Shown: positions 1-9,169 of the stretch, one piece after another
How positions within the stretch are numbered: the first letter of the stretch is position 1
Layout of the letters: every line of letters begins with the position of its first letter
Source: an uncultured Acidobacteriota bacterium
Lineage (GTDB): Bacteria; Acidobacteriota; Terriglobia; UBA7540
Reading direction: 5' to 3'
DNA: 64,000 nucleotides
NCBI GenBank assembly: GCA_963804995.1
Contig: CAWDSK010000006.1
Span: 544,001 to 608,000 of the forward strand
The notes under the pieces: generated by a model
What the model saw: the letters and a program-made list of their open reading frames with translations, nothing else
What the model was told of the DNA's origin: nothing
Database searches by the model: none
Translations under genes and position numbers: made by a program

Positions 1-20
1 TATGGAGAAGCGCGGAGCGT

Positions 21-50
21 AGAAGGCAGTAGGCAGAAGGCGGTAGGCAG
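21..50. repeat. Heptamer tandem repeat (AGAAGGC/AGTAGGC x4)
   Basis: agaaggc-agtaggc-agaaggc-ggtaggc read directly. Confidence 0.7.
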
Positions 51-52
51 TC

Positions 53-189
53 GTAGCGCGGACCTCCGCCCTTGGTCCGCGGCTCTTCGTGTGCCGCCGG
101 ACCGAAATCCGAAATGGCCGCCTCTATTCGGAATTTGAAGGATCTTTAAACGAAGAACCGCAGACCCCAACGACGGGGGTCTGCGCTAC
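53..189. repeat. GTAG-type REP-like inverted doublet, family A (GTAGCGCGGAC...GTCTGCGCTAC)
   Basis: Starts GTAG and ends CTAC with internal hairpins; near-identical arms at 2970-3090. Confidence 0.85.
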
Positions 190-239
190 AGTTGCAGGGG
201 GGGCCGAACCCCTAACCCCCAATCCCTAACCCCTGCTCT

Positions 240-2765
240 TCAGTACTTCACATTCGAAAGCCGGCCCGTGGTCTCGCCGCGCAGCCACACGTAGATCGGG
301 GCATGGGGAGAGGGTGGCGGCCAGGGAAGCTCCACTTTCAGCGTCTGCTCTTGCGGACTGCCGGGCACAGGCGTGGGAATTCCTTGCGTGGGGAAACCCG
401 TTTTGCTATCCCAACCGGTTTTCTCGATAATCTGCAAGTCCTGGCCGGTCAGGGTTCCGGCGTAAAGCGTTCCGCTAAGTTTTTCTTCCGTCAAAGCAAA
501 TTTCTCAATGCGTGGCAAGCGAATCACGCGGCCCAGCACGGAGGGATCTGAACTCCCCGCGCTATCGGTGGAAAGAGTTGCCGCCAATTGGCACCCCGAC
601 TGGCCGACGACGCCGGGATCAAGCGAAAGAAACAGCCCGTCCTCCCCCGCGAAATCCAGTTGGGCAGTGCCCGTTCTGTCTCCGGGGCGGAGGGTCAGGG
701 CCTGCTTCACAAAACCCTCGTTCGCGCAGGTAAGGCTGAGCGAGGGCCGCGCGTCGAGGTTCTGAGTCAGCAACGAAAAACTTATCGCCCCGCCCGCCGG
801 CATTTCTCCCTTGTCCAATTGCACATCGGGTTGCTGGGCCAAGGACTGACTGATGCCGGCGATCTTCGGCCGTGGACCCGCCACCTGCAGGACATCGGGA
901 ATCTCGAGAGGCGCTTGAATATCCACCACAGAAACTTTCGCGGCAACCAATTCACCGCGATGCGCCGCGGGCAGAAGTTTGACGGTGGCCATGCGCTCCT
1001 TCAGATCGTGAGCGTCCGGCTTCACGGCGGCAAGTTCCCACGTCGCGTCGGAACTGGTAAGGCGCGTGATGCGTTCCAAACTTGTTCCCCGCAGGGTAAC
1101 AGTCTGCTGGGTCTCACCCAGGTTCGAGCGCAGCGGCAGGCTTTCAAGCTGGGGATTGGGTGGATGGATGACCAGCGCCACGTCGTGCGCGGCCCCACTA
1201 GTCTGGGTCAGCTCCAAACGGTAGCTCCCTGCCTCCCAGGTTGAGGTGTCCACTTCGACTTCCATACTATCCTGATCGCCTTGCGCCAAACCCTTCGGCA
1301 GGGTAAAGGTAAGTTCAGCCTTCTTATCACCCGCCTTGGCAATTGCAACCTTATTAACAAACTCAAAGTCCGTGCCGCTCAGTTGGACCTTCACCAGGCC
1401 GCTTCCCTGCGCCAGATGATCCGCAGACTCCTGCGTGACTTTTGCTTTGGTGAAATCTCCCAGGGAACGCAATTCCACCTTCTCCGCCACCTGAAAAGGC
1501 TCCCAGTCCCATAGGGCAGTAAGCTTATAGTCGCCCTCTGCCAGCTTGGTTTTACTCAGGTCGAGTTCGAGCGAATCCTCTGCGGCGCCTGCTTCCACTT
1601 TCACGGGTACGTCAGCGTGTTGACTGGCAGAAACCAACTCCCAGCCGTGGGCGCGCGGCAGCAGCTTGGCATCCGCGGGCTTGGAGTAAGGGATCTTCAG
1701 GTTAGCCTTTCCGCCCAACGGCACATACACCGCTTGCGTGAGTGTCCCGGGCGGCGCGGCCGTATCGGGAAGGCGCAACATCCAGAGGTAGGCGACGCGG
1801 GTGCGCGGTTTTTCCGGCTCTTTTTTCGCACAGAGCGCCAGGCCATTCGTTTCGAAGGGTTGGGTAAAGGCCGCGCGGAAATCACTATCGGGAAACATCA
1901 AGGTGCGCAGGTTCAAGAAAAGCGCCGCGCCTCCCGCCACTAGTCCTACTGGCGAGCCAAAGAAAAGCGCGGCCACCGCGCCCGCCAGACCAGCAGACTG
2001 CTGCGCCACTCCGGAGGGAGTGGAGGTGAGCGGATCAAAAGTTTGGAGCGAAGGGAGCGTCGCCGCCAGTAGCAACGCGGCCTGCTGGTTCGGCGGCGCA
2101 TTCGGGTCAAGCTTGGGTACCGCCACGTTGTAGTCGGCTGAGAATCCTGCCAGCGCCGCGTTCAAGTTGCGGGTCGGGTCCGGCGTCTGTTGATATTCCG
2201 CCAGAGCCTCAACCAGGGCGCCCACCTTGGCCGTTTCCTCCGCATATTCGGTCAACTGAGGAATGAGATCGGGATTCTTCTCCACCATGGAGCTGACCTT
2301 CTTTACGTCCAGCCCATGCGGCCCGAAGACCACTCCCACGACGCAGGCCCGGTGCGGCACCTCCCATTCGGTGGGATCCTTGGCGGGCCGCGCTTCCAGC
2401 ACGTCGAGGTCTTCGCCCTTTTTCTCCTTGCCTTCGTTGTCCTCTTTCTGCTCCTTCGATTTCATACTCGTTGCCGGGATGAGTAACACGGCAATCTTGG
2501 CCTTGTCCTTGATGGCGGGGGGGATGTGCAAGGGCTCATACTTCAACTTTTCGCCCGGCTGGAGAATATTGAGTTCGCGCACTGGCAGCGACGGCCCACT
2601 CTTTGCCGGCTCAACTAGCAGCCGGAACCTGCTGACGTTGAGGCTTCCTGCGCAGGCGGGGCCGGTTCCAGCCAGGCACCGGGGGATAGCTGAAATTAGG
2701 ATTAGAAAAGCCGCGAGTATAAAGACTCTGCCTGCTGAGGAGGGGCGTGGGTTTGTTTTTTTCAT
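240..2765 (-). CDS. Large secreted hypothetical protein (~841 aa), probable repeated beta-sandwich/Ig-like domains
   Basis: Long ORF; ATG at 2765 gives a signal-peptide-like N-terminus (MKKTN...VFILAAFLILISAIP); repeated P-x-I/L beta segments. Confidence 0.8.
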   Translation of the reverse strand: MKKTNPRPSSAGRVFILAAFLILISAIPRCLAGTGPACAGSLNVSRFRLLVEPAKSGPSLPVRELNILQPGEKLKYEPLHIPPAIKDKAKIAVLLIPATSMKSKEQKEDNEGKEKKGEDLDVLEARPAKDPTEWEVPHRACVVGVVFGPHGLDVKKVSSMVEKNPDLIPQLTEYAEETAKVGALVEALAEYQQTPDPTRNLNAALAGFSADYNVAVPKLDPNAPPNQQAALLLAATLPSLQTFDPLTSTPSGVAQQSAGLAGAVAALFFGSPVGLVAGGAALFLNLRTLMFPDSDFRAAFTQPFETNGLALCAKKEPEKPRTRVAYLWMLRLPDTAAPPGTLTQAVYVPLGGKANLKIPYSKPADAKLLPRAHGWELVSASQHADVPVKVEAGAAEDSLELDLSKTKLAEGDYKLTALWDWEPFQVAEKVELRSLGDFTKAKVTQESADHLAQGSGLVKVQLSGTDFEFVNKVAIAKAGDKKAELTFTLPKGLAQGDQDSMEVEVDTSTWEAGSYRLELTQTSGAAHDVALVIHPPNPQLESLPLRSNLGETQQTVTLRGTSLERITRLTSSDATWELAAVKPDAHDLKERMATVKLLPAAHRGELVAAKVSVVDIQAPLEIPDVLQVAGPRPKIAGISQSLAQQPDVQLDKGEMPAGGAISFSLLTQNLDARPSLSLTCANEGFVKQALTLRPGDRTGTAQLDFAGEDGLFLSLDPGVVGQSGCQLAATLSTDSAGSSDPSVLGRVIRLPRIEKFALTEEKLSGTLYAGTLTGQDLQIIEKTGWDSKTGFPTQGIPTPVPGSPQEQTLKVELPWPPPSPHAPIYVWLRGETTGRLSNVKY

Positions 2766-2969
2766 CTCCGCTCGGTCCGATGGAGGATGGTAAGTCTCAA
2801 CAACTATTGGATGCAAGTGCGCTGAGCGGGGTGGTGCGGGCGGGAGCAATTATGAATTATGAATTATGAATTGCGAATCATGGACAACTAGATTGTGATG
2901 TTGCGTAGTTCAGAATTATTTCTGCCATTACGCAGCAAACACCGTGAGGTAGGTGATATTCAAGCGAGC

Positions 2970-3090
2970 GTAGCGCGGACCTCCGCCGTTGAGGTCCGCG
3001 GCTCTTCGTGTGCCATCTGAGCGAATTCAGCGTAGCAAAGCAGTTTTCAAACGAAGAGCCGCGGACCCCAGAAACGGGGGACCGCGCTAC
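2970..3090. repeat. REP-like inverted doublet, family A second copy
   Basis: GTAGCGCGGACCTCCGCC...GGACCGCGCTAC, homologous to 53-189. Confidence 0.85.
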
Positions 3091-3131
3091 GCCGCTGATG
3101 ACCCTTTGATGCCTATTGCATAATTCAGAAC

Positions 3132-3959
3132 TCAGGGTTTCCCCGCCGCGCTCCACACGCAGCGCAGGCCGAAGTCAGGGTTTCCTACTTCGGGATACTC
3201 CGCGTGACGGTCTGACAGGCGGGTGAACTGGGCACCCCACTGATACGAACCGCCCCGCAGACCGCGCATGTTACTGCTCCACGGCCCGGCGGGATCGACG
3301 GACGGGCTGTGCGGGTAGTAGTGGTCATCGTACCCGTCGTTCACCCACTCAAACGCGTTCCCCAGCATGTCGTAAAGGCCGTATCCATTGGGACGCTTCA
3401 GGGCTACGGCGTGCGCGTGCCCACCGCTGTTGTCGTTGTACCAGGCGATTTCGTTGAGAGGGCGAACCTCGTTGCTACCGCCGCGCGCCGCGTATTCCCA
3501 CTCCGCTTCGGTGGGCAGCCGCCCTCCTGCCCACTTGCAATAAGCCGCGGCAGCGTGCCAGTTCACCTCGGTCATCGGCATGTCGTCCTTGGCCAAGTCA
3601 GGGTGGGCCTCGAGATACATGGGCATGCCGTGTCCTGACGCCGCAGCAAAGCGCTTCCATGCTGCCACGGTGACTTCTGTCTGTCCGATCCAGAAGCCCC
3701 TCGCGATCTTTACCTGATGCGCCGGCTTTTCCGGGTCGAAGCACTCGTTGTCACCAGTTGAGCAGCCCATCATGAAAATTCCAGGGGGGATCCAGACGTA
3801 CTTAAGCCCGTCCTTTGGATTCTCGCGCACTGCACCGGGGGTTGGCCCGGCCCCCGCTGATTGGGGTTCGGTCTTGAGGATTGCGGTTTGATAGATTGAA
3901 ACGCCGACGGTGAGCAACGCCGCGAGACCTATGGCAACGAGAATGTGTTTCGATTTCAT
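3132..3959 (-). CDS. FGE-sulfatase (SUMF1/EgtB/PvdO) domain protein with N-terminal signal/anchor
   Basis: Motifs RLPTEAEWEYAARGG, NGYGLYDMLGNAFEW, RGGS and FGLRC; ATG at 3959. Confidence 0.9.
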   Translation of the reverse strand: MKSKHILVAIGLAALLTVGVSIYQTAILKTEPQSAGAGPTPGAVRENPKDGLKYVWIPPGIFMMGCSTGDNECFDPEKPAHQVKIARGFWIGQTEVTVAAWKRFAAASGHGMPMYLEAHPDLAKDDMPMTEVNWHAAAAYCKWAGGRLPTEAEWEYAARGGSNEVRPLNEIAWYNDNSGGHAHAVALKRPNGYGLYDMLGNAFEWVNDGYDDHYYPHSPSVDPAGPWSSNMRGLRGGSYQWGAQFTRLSDRHAEYPEVGNPDFGLRCVWSAAGKP

Positions 3960-4057
3960 GCTTCCAGCTTCCGCCTGTCGGCCCCCTTGGATTCTTTGAA
4001 CCTGCGAGTGGCCCCTCACCCGTCCTCCTCGTTTGACTCCTGGACGAGAAATCCGAG

Positions 4058-4162
4058 CTATACAGAGCGCCATAAGTGTTTGCGCATTCGGCTGTAGCGG
4101 CGCTCTATGAGCGCCGACCGGCGGTCATAGACCGCCGCTACAATTTATGGCGCTGTGTATAG
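4058..4162. mobile_element. MITE-like element with 18-bp TIRs enclosing a GTAG REP doublet
   Basis: CTATACAGAGCGCCATAA (4058-4075) vs TTATGGCGCTGTGTATAG (4145-4162), 17/18 match; inner GTAGCGGCG...CGCCGCTAC at 4094-4141. Confidence 0.7.
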
Positions 4163-4163
4163 A

Positions 4164-4240
4164 ACCCCCGCACCCGTCCCGCTCCGGCTGATGAAAGCGC
4201 CGGCAGCGGTCCACCCTCTCCCCCAAAGGGGCGAGGGCTA
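4164..4240. repeat. CCCCTCACCC-family palindromic repeat
   Basis: Homologous to the repeats inside 8939-9144 and 29374-29543 (ccctctcccccaaaggggcgaggg). Confidence 0.75.
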
Positions 4241-4295
4241 TGAATCTGGCCGTATCGCACTGCTCGGACGGTGATTCTACATCTCGAACGAGGGA

Positions 4296-5334
4296 TCAGT
4301 CGAACGCTGACTGCAAGAACGCCGCCATGTAGAAAGCGTCGAGATACTTGAATGGCGCCTCGGCGGTGATGTAATGGCCGCAGGGCAGGACGCGGGTCTG
4401 GTGCGGCAATCCTCGGCGGGTGAATTCATCGAGGAGCTGATGCGAGTACATCGGCAAGAAGGTTAGATCGTAGGTGGCATAGATCAGCAGGGATTTCTTG
4501 GGCCAGCGCGCGAACTTGTCGACATAGGAAAAAGGGCTGATGGCTAGCCAAATGCGGCGCAGGCGATCCTGGTCGATGTCGCGCTCGATGCCCTGGCGCA
4601 CGTGGCGCGTGGATTGGCCCGTCCACACCACATCGCCAAAGGTGACGGAGAAGTGGTTGAAGACGTTCACCTCCAAGCGCGGGTCGTGCGCGCTGGTCAG
4701 GAAGGCGTAGCAGGAACCGAGGCTTGTCCCCACAATTCCAAATTCGCTTGTAGCCCTGCATTTCCAGCCAATCGAGACAAGCCCGCGCATCGATCACCGC
4801 CTGGCGCCCGGCATCGAGAGTGCGACCCAGATTCGCGGACACTGCGTAATCAGCGCGCTCGGTTTCTGCCGGCTTGCGATAGTCGTGGTAAGGCAGGCTC
4901 AGGCGCAACGCGGAGATTCCCAGGAAGTTGAAGATCCGGCACAGGGCGTTGTGGCTTTGGGCGTCGGCGTTCCACTGCGGCATCACGATCAGAGCGCGGC
5001 GGCGTCCGGCGGGAAACCAGCGGGCCCGCGCCAGGTTGTTGCCGGGGCAGGGCGTGTGGACGGGCGAAGTGAAAAGCAGAAAATCATTCTCCAGTCGAAA
5101 ATCCGAAGGGGTCTGGTAGGCGTAGAAATCGTCACTCGCCGAGACGATCTGCTGGTTCAGTTGGGTGAGGTACGCCTCGGGGTCCACGTGCGCGCAGTCG
5201 CCGGCGCCGTTCACGCCCGGCCAGCCCGCGGTCCAATCGAGTCCCCATTCGAGGGGCCGCACCACGCGGTTGGTGTCGCGCGCGTTGAGCCGCGTCTCCC
5301 AGGCGTACATCCAATCTCGGTAGCGGTCCCACAT
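4296..5334 (-). CDS. Alpha/beta hydrolase, split by one extra base near 4750
   Basis: ORFs 4426-5334 and 4296-4790 join as ...QGY/SEFGIVGTSLG (GxSxG nucleophile) with C-terminal Asp (YDLTF) and His (PCGHY). Confidence 0.8.
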
Positions 5335-5450
5335 CAGTCTGCGGCCTCAGCTCAGAACCATCCATTATACCCAACCCGGCGTGGACGACCACTGTGGCGC
5401 TCGGCCCCGATCATCAATTTGGAAAGAACGCGCTATCGGGGCTCGGCGCC

Positions 5451-5553
5451 TTGGATTGCGGTAGCAGCAGCTACCGCTTTCTTCCTCCGCGCCTCGCCAA
5501 TTTGCCATCTGGACCGAAGGCGGAAGGCGGTAGCTGCTGCTACCGCAGTCCAA
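5451..5553. repeat. Long inverted repeat, family B (TTGGA.TGCGGT.GCAGCAGCTACCGC)
   Basis: 27-bp arms; homologous to 7736-7840. Confidence 0.85.
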
Positions 5554-5579
5554 AGTGCCTTCGGCACAGCAAGAACCAT

Positions 5580-5793
5580 CGCGGGTGGGGACGCCCGCGC
5601 TACAAATGCCGCATGGAAACTTCACGCCAATGCTTAATGCGGGTATATACTGCCCTGCCTCGGGATGCAAAAAATGGAAGAATTGGCATATGTGTATCGC
5701 GGTTCCCCCCAAGCACCCAATGGCCTTTGTAGCGCGGGTGTCCCCACCCGCGTATTCACAAGGACCAATCGCGGGTGGGGACACCCGCGCTAC
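5580..5793. repeat. GTAG REP family C (GTAGCGCGGGTGTCCCCACCCGCG): singlet 5580-5603 and doublet 5729-5793
   Basis: Near-identical units, also at 11409-11472. Confidence 0.85.
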
Positions 5794-5814
5794 AACGGTG
5801 GAAGGAAGGTACCG

Positions 5815-7704
5815 ATGAGCATTAGGCGGATTTTATTTCTACTTATTCCCCTCTGCGCCCTCACGTGGGGTGCGGAATTAGCGGGGGCGTCCTTGCCGGG
5901 CAAACCCTATCGCGTCCTCGTTGTCGTGGAGCGCTGGAGCGATCCCGCCAGCGTTCTGATTGACCACGAAAAGGACGACTTCCAACCCGTCGCCGCACTG
6001 CTCAAAGCCTGGTCTGTTCCCTTTGACATTTTTCGGCTCGACCAGCAGCATCTCGACGCCACCTACTTATTCGACCGCGAGGGAAAAATTCGTTACGGAA
6101 GTGTGATTTGGCTGGCGGACTCTCCCTCTTACCAGACGCATAATCTGGCGGCGCTCGAGGACGCGGCGCATGCCGGCACCAGCCTCGTCGCGATCAGCTC
6201 CCGGTGTCTCGACCCGGTGCTCAACCGCGTGCTGGGGTTGGAGTTCAAGTCGCCCTATCGGGCCGATGAGGCGCTGCACTTCACTGAAGCCCACTTCATC
6301 ACCCGCGGGTTGGCGGGCGAGAAGATGGATCCGCGCGACGTGCTTGAGGAAAACCAAGGCCGTTTGTGGATGGGGACCGGCGGAGCGACAGTCCTGGCCG
6401 CGCAAGGGCAGCATCCCGTCCTGACCGTGAATCAGTTGGGCAAGAACGTTTCAGGAATTTGGTTGGGCCCCGCGCATGTGGGCCTGGTGCGCGCCTCCAC
6501 CTTTTGGCGGAGCCTCTTTTTCCGCGCCCTGGTGTGGAGCCTAGGCTACCTCGTCCAGCCTGACGTGGATTACTCACACCGCATTGAGATTGAGATGGAC
6601 GACTGGGGAACCTCCGACAAGGGCTACCTATCTTATTGGCATTACGTCGAACCCAGCGAGGAGACCCTGCGCGAACATTTGATCGCACCACTCGAAAAGC
6701 ATCATGCCGTGGCGTCGGCTAACGTCAATACCGGTTACGCGGACCGCAAGACGAAGCAGATCCTCTCCCCCTGGGCGCAGGATTTTACGGACGCGTATGG
6801 CCGGCATCAGGATTTTGCCTCGACCCGAAGGGGCTTGAAAGCGGCGCTGGCCGCCGGAGTATTGGAGATCCAGAGTCACGGCTGGACCCACATGCAGCCC
6901 GACTTGGAATCCCCTCCCGGCCCCTGGTGGACGGCGGATTTGGAGGGAGAAGGTTCGGCGGGCGGCTGGTACACGGAGTTTGGTGACGAGCGGCGTGGCG
7001 TCGAAAATGCCGCCATCGTCCAACTCTTTCACCTGCAACGCTCCCTGGAGTATCTCGCCAAGGACTTTGGCCAACGCCCGCTGGAATTGCGGCCCGGTGG
7101 GGGCCAGTGGTCGAAGTCGCTCGCGAATCACACCGCCTTGGTGGCCGCTCGGGCGGGGTTCGGAATCTTCCACTCGGAGCCCAACGCTTATTACTATCTG
7201 GACCGCGAATTGGCTTTGGATATGTGGGGGATTTCGCCGCACACGACGGTGGCCTTCGATGTGCCTTTCCAAACGGAACTCTGGCCACCCCATCCGGATG
7301 GCCCTTTTATGGTGGTTTTTCACGATCGGGATATCGCCTACCAGCCGGAGTTCTTTGAGCGGTTCCTGACCGCTCTGCCTGCCGGCTACCAAACCATCAG
7401 TACGAATCAGTACGTGGGCTTTCTTCACACCCGCATTGAGTCCAGCGCCGACGACGGGTGGCAGCTCAAATTCCGCTTTGATGAAGCCTACTGCCCTTAC
7501 TTTTCGAGCCATCCTTCGGCGTGGCGAGTCTGGCTCTCCGACCCCTGGCGCGAGGAACTCGGGACCCTTCAGGGATCGGTCGTCACCGTGGATGGTAAGA
7601 CCGTTCGCACGGCAGGCGCCCCAGACTTGTCTCACGAAAACCTGACGATCGATATTCCCGCGGGGCTGGGTGAGCACGTATGGAAATTAAGTCGCGCGCG
7701 GTAG
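5815..7704 (+). CDS. Secreted protein with polysaccharide-deacetylase-like (NodB-type) C-terminal domain
   Basis: Signal peptide from ATG 5815; motifs EMDD, EIQSHGWTH, RPGGG and FHD. Confidence 0.7.
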   Translation: MSIRRILFLLIPLCALTWGAELAGASLPGKPYRVLVVVERWSDPASVLIDHEKDDFQPVAALLKAWSVPFDIFRLDQQHLDATYLFDREGKIRYGSVIWLADSPSYQTHNLAALEDAAHAGTSLVAISSRCLDPVLNRVLGLEFKSPYRADEALHFTEAHFITRGLAGEKMDPRDVLEENQGRLWMGTGGATVLAAQGQHPVLTVNQLGKNVSGIWLGPAHVGLVRASTFWRSLFFRALVWSLGYLVQPDVDYSHRIEIEMDDWGTSDKGYLSYWHYVEPSEETLREHLIAPLEKHHAVASANVNTGYADRKTKQILSPWAQDFTDAYGRHQDFASTRRGLKAALAAGVLEIQSHGWTHMQPDLESPPGPWWTADLEGEGSAGGWYTEFGDERRGVENAAIVQLFHLQRSLEYLAKDFGQRPLELRPGGGQWSKSLANHTALVAARAGFGIFHSEPNAYYYLDRELALDMWGISPHTTVAFDVPFQTELWPPHPDGPFMVVFHDRDIAYQPEFFERFLTALPAGYQTISTNQYVGFLHTRIESSADDGWQLKFRFDEAYCPYFSSHPSAWRVWLSDPWREELGTLQGSVVTVDGKTVRTAGAPDLSHENLTIDIPAGLGEHVWKLSRAR

Positions 7705-7735
7705 TGCCCTGTAACAGAAGTGCGTCGAAGGCGCC

Positions 7736-7840
7736 TTGGAGTGCGGTCGCAGCAGCTACCGCCTTTGTTCCTCCCACGACGTGCACATTTGCCGTATGGA
7801 CCGAAGGCCGAAGGCGGTAGCTGCTGCGACCGCACTCCAA
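7736..7840. repeat. Long inverted repeat, family B second copy
   Basis: Perfect 28-bp arms TTGGAGTGCGGTCGCAGCAGCTACCGCC and complement. Confidence 0.85.
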
Positions 7841-7984
7841 GACGCTGCGCGCATTTTCATTGTCAGTGGTGCACCGCAGGAGCAGGGGCGTCTGTGGGGT
7901 TCGGAAACGATCCCGCACATTTGAGACTTGGTGAGCTAAGTTATTTGTCCGGGGATGGAAGAGCCAGGATGATGGAGGTGTTCA

Positions 7985-8917
7985 ATGACCGGAAAAGAGA
8001 TGCGTCGTCGCCAATTCCTCCAAACCGCTGCGGCACTGACCGCCGGCGGGGGATTGTCCCTCTCCGCCTTTGGCCAGGTATGCCCTGCCGAGCCGGGCAC
8101 CGTTCGAGACCGGCTGTGGGTATTCTGTAATCCGATTAATGGTGATTATGAGTACGTTCGCAAACGCTCCGTGATGACACCGCTCGAGAGCGCCGTATAC
8201 CTGGGTGTGCCCAACATGATCATGGTCAATCAATACCCCGGACCCGGGCAGGAGGCATGGTACAAGCCCTGGGAGCCCCCCTTCGAAGCGTACGCTTTCC
8301 CTTTGAAAGTCGAGAAGCGCGTGGTGTGGTCCATTGTAGATGCGGGTGGAGTTACCAAAGACTGGGAGAGGAAGCAAGTCCTGGCTATGGCTCGCCGCAC
8401 CCCCAACATGGTTGGCGTCTTTATGGATGACTTTTTCACAGGCAAGCCGGGCGCGAAACCGGCGAGCTTGACGCTGGATGAACTGCAAGCTGTTAAGCGC
8501 GAGCTCAAGGGACCGGACAAGAAGCTGGACCTTTACGTCACACTCTATACCCAGATGCTAAAGCTCCCCATCGTTGAATACCTGAAGCTGATTGACGTGA
8601 TCACGCTCTGGACAGGCGAGACGGCTCAAATAGCCAATCTCGACGCAAACCTGACCAGCCTGAAGATACTGGTGCCGGAATCCCGAATACTATTGGGCTG
8701 TTATACGGCTGAGTATGATGGAAAGCGAACCCCCATGTGGCTGCCCCTCCCGGTTTCCGCCATGCAACACCAGTGCGAGGTCGGATTGCGCTGGCTCCAG
8801 GAAGGCCGCATCGAAGGGATTATCATCTACGGGAATTTCTTCGATCTGGGTTGGGAATGCGTCGAATGGGCTCGGGAATGGATCAGGAAGGTCGGGGAGA
8901 CCAAGCTCCGATCGTGA
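7985..8917 (+). CDS. Tat-exported hypothetical protein, possibly a TIM-barrel glycosidase-like fold
   Basis: RRRQFLQ twin-arginine signal; GGAGG RBS; VGVFMDDFF motif. Confidence 0.75.
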   Translation: MTGKEMRRRQFLQTAAALTAGGGLSLSAFGQVCPAEPGTVRDRLWVFCNPINGDYEYVRKRSVMTPLESAVYLGVPNMIMVNQYPGPGQEAWYKPWEPPFEAYAFPLKVEKRVVWSIVDAGGVTKDWERKQVLAMARRTPNMVGVFMDDFFTGKPGAKPASLTLDELQAVKRELKGPDKKLDLYVTLYTQMLKLPIVEYLKLIDVITLWTGETAQIANLDANLTSLKILVPESRILLGCYTAEYDGKRTPMWLPLPVSAMQHQCEVGLRWLQEGRIEGIIIYGNFFDLGWECVEWAREWIRKVGETKLRS

Positions 8918-8938
8918 ACCGGCGAAGCCTGTGCCGCC

Positions 8939-9144
8939 CTAGTGCGGTGTCCCGAGTTAGAGTTGAGAACCCCCTCACCCCCGGCCCCCTCCCCCAAGGG
9001 GGCGAGGGGAGTGTTAATCTGATTTTATAGCCCTCGCCCCTTTGGGGGAGAGGGTGGACCGCAGCCGGCGTTTTCATCAGCCGGGGCGGGACGGGTGAGG
9101 GGGTCGGACAGCCTTGTCAAATATTTACCGGGACACCACACTAG
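8939..9144. mobile_element. MITE-like element with CTAGTG(C/T)GGTGTCCCG TIRs enclosing a CCCCTCACCC-family doublet
   Basis: 15/16-bp TIR match at both ends; one end homologous to 29374 onward. Confidence 0.75.
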
Positions 9145-9169
9145 TCGAGCGCCCAGTTCACAAAATTCC

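Noticed and set aside
1..22. End of an upstream + strand CDS (...MEKRGA*)
   Set aside because: Too short to support or identify.
3132..3300. FGE/C-type-lectin C-terminus as a DGR variable region
   Set aside because: I found no template repeat differing only at adenines and no reverse transcriptase in the window.
5365..5818. Short ORFs across the REP cluster (also 7583-7924, 8737-9077, 11366-11653, 29150-29750)
   Set aside because: They are translations of repeat DNA, and the same peptides recur wherever the repeats do.
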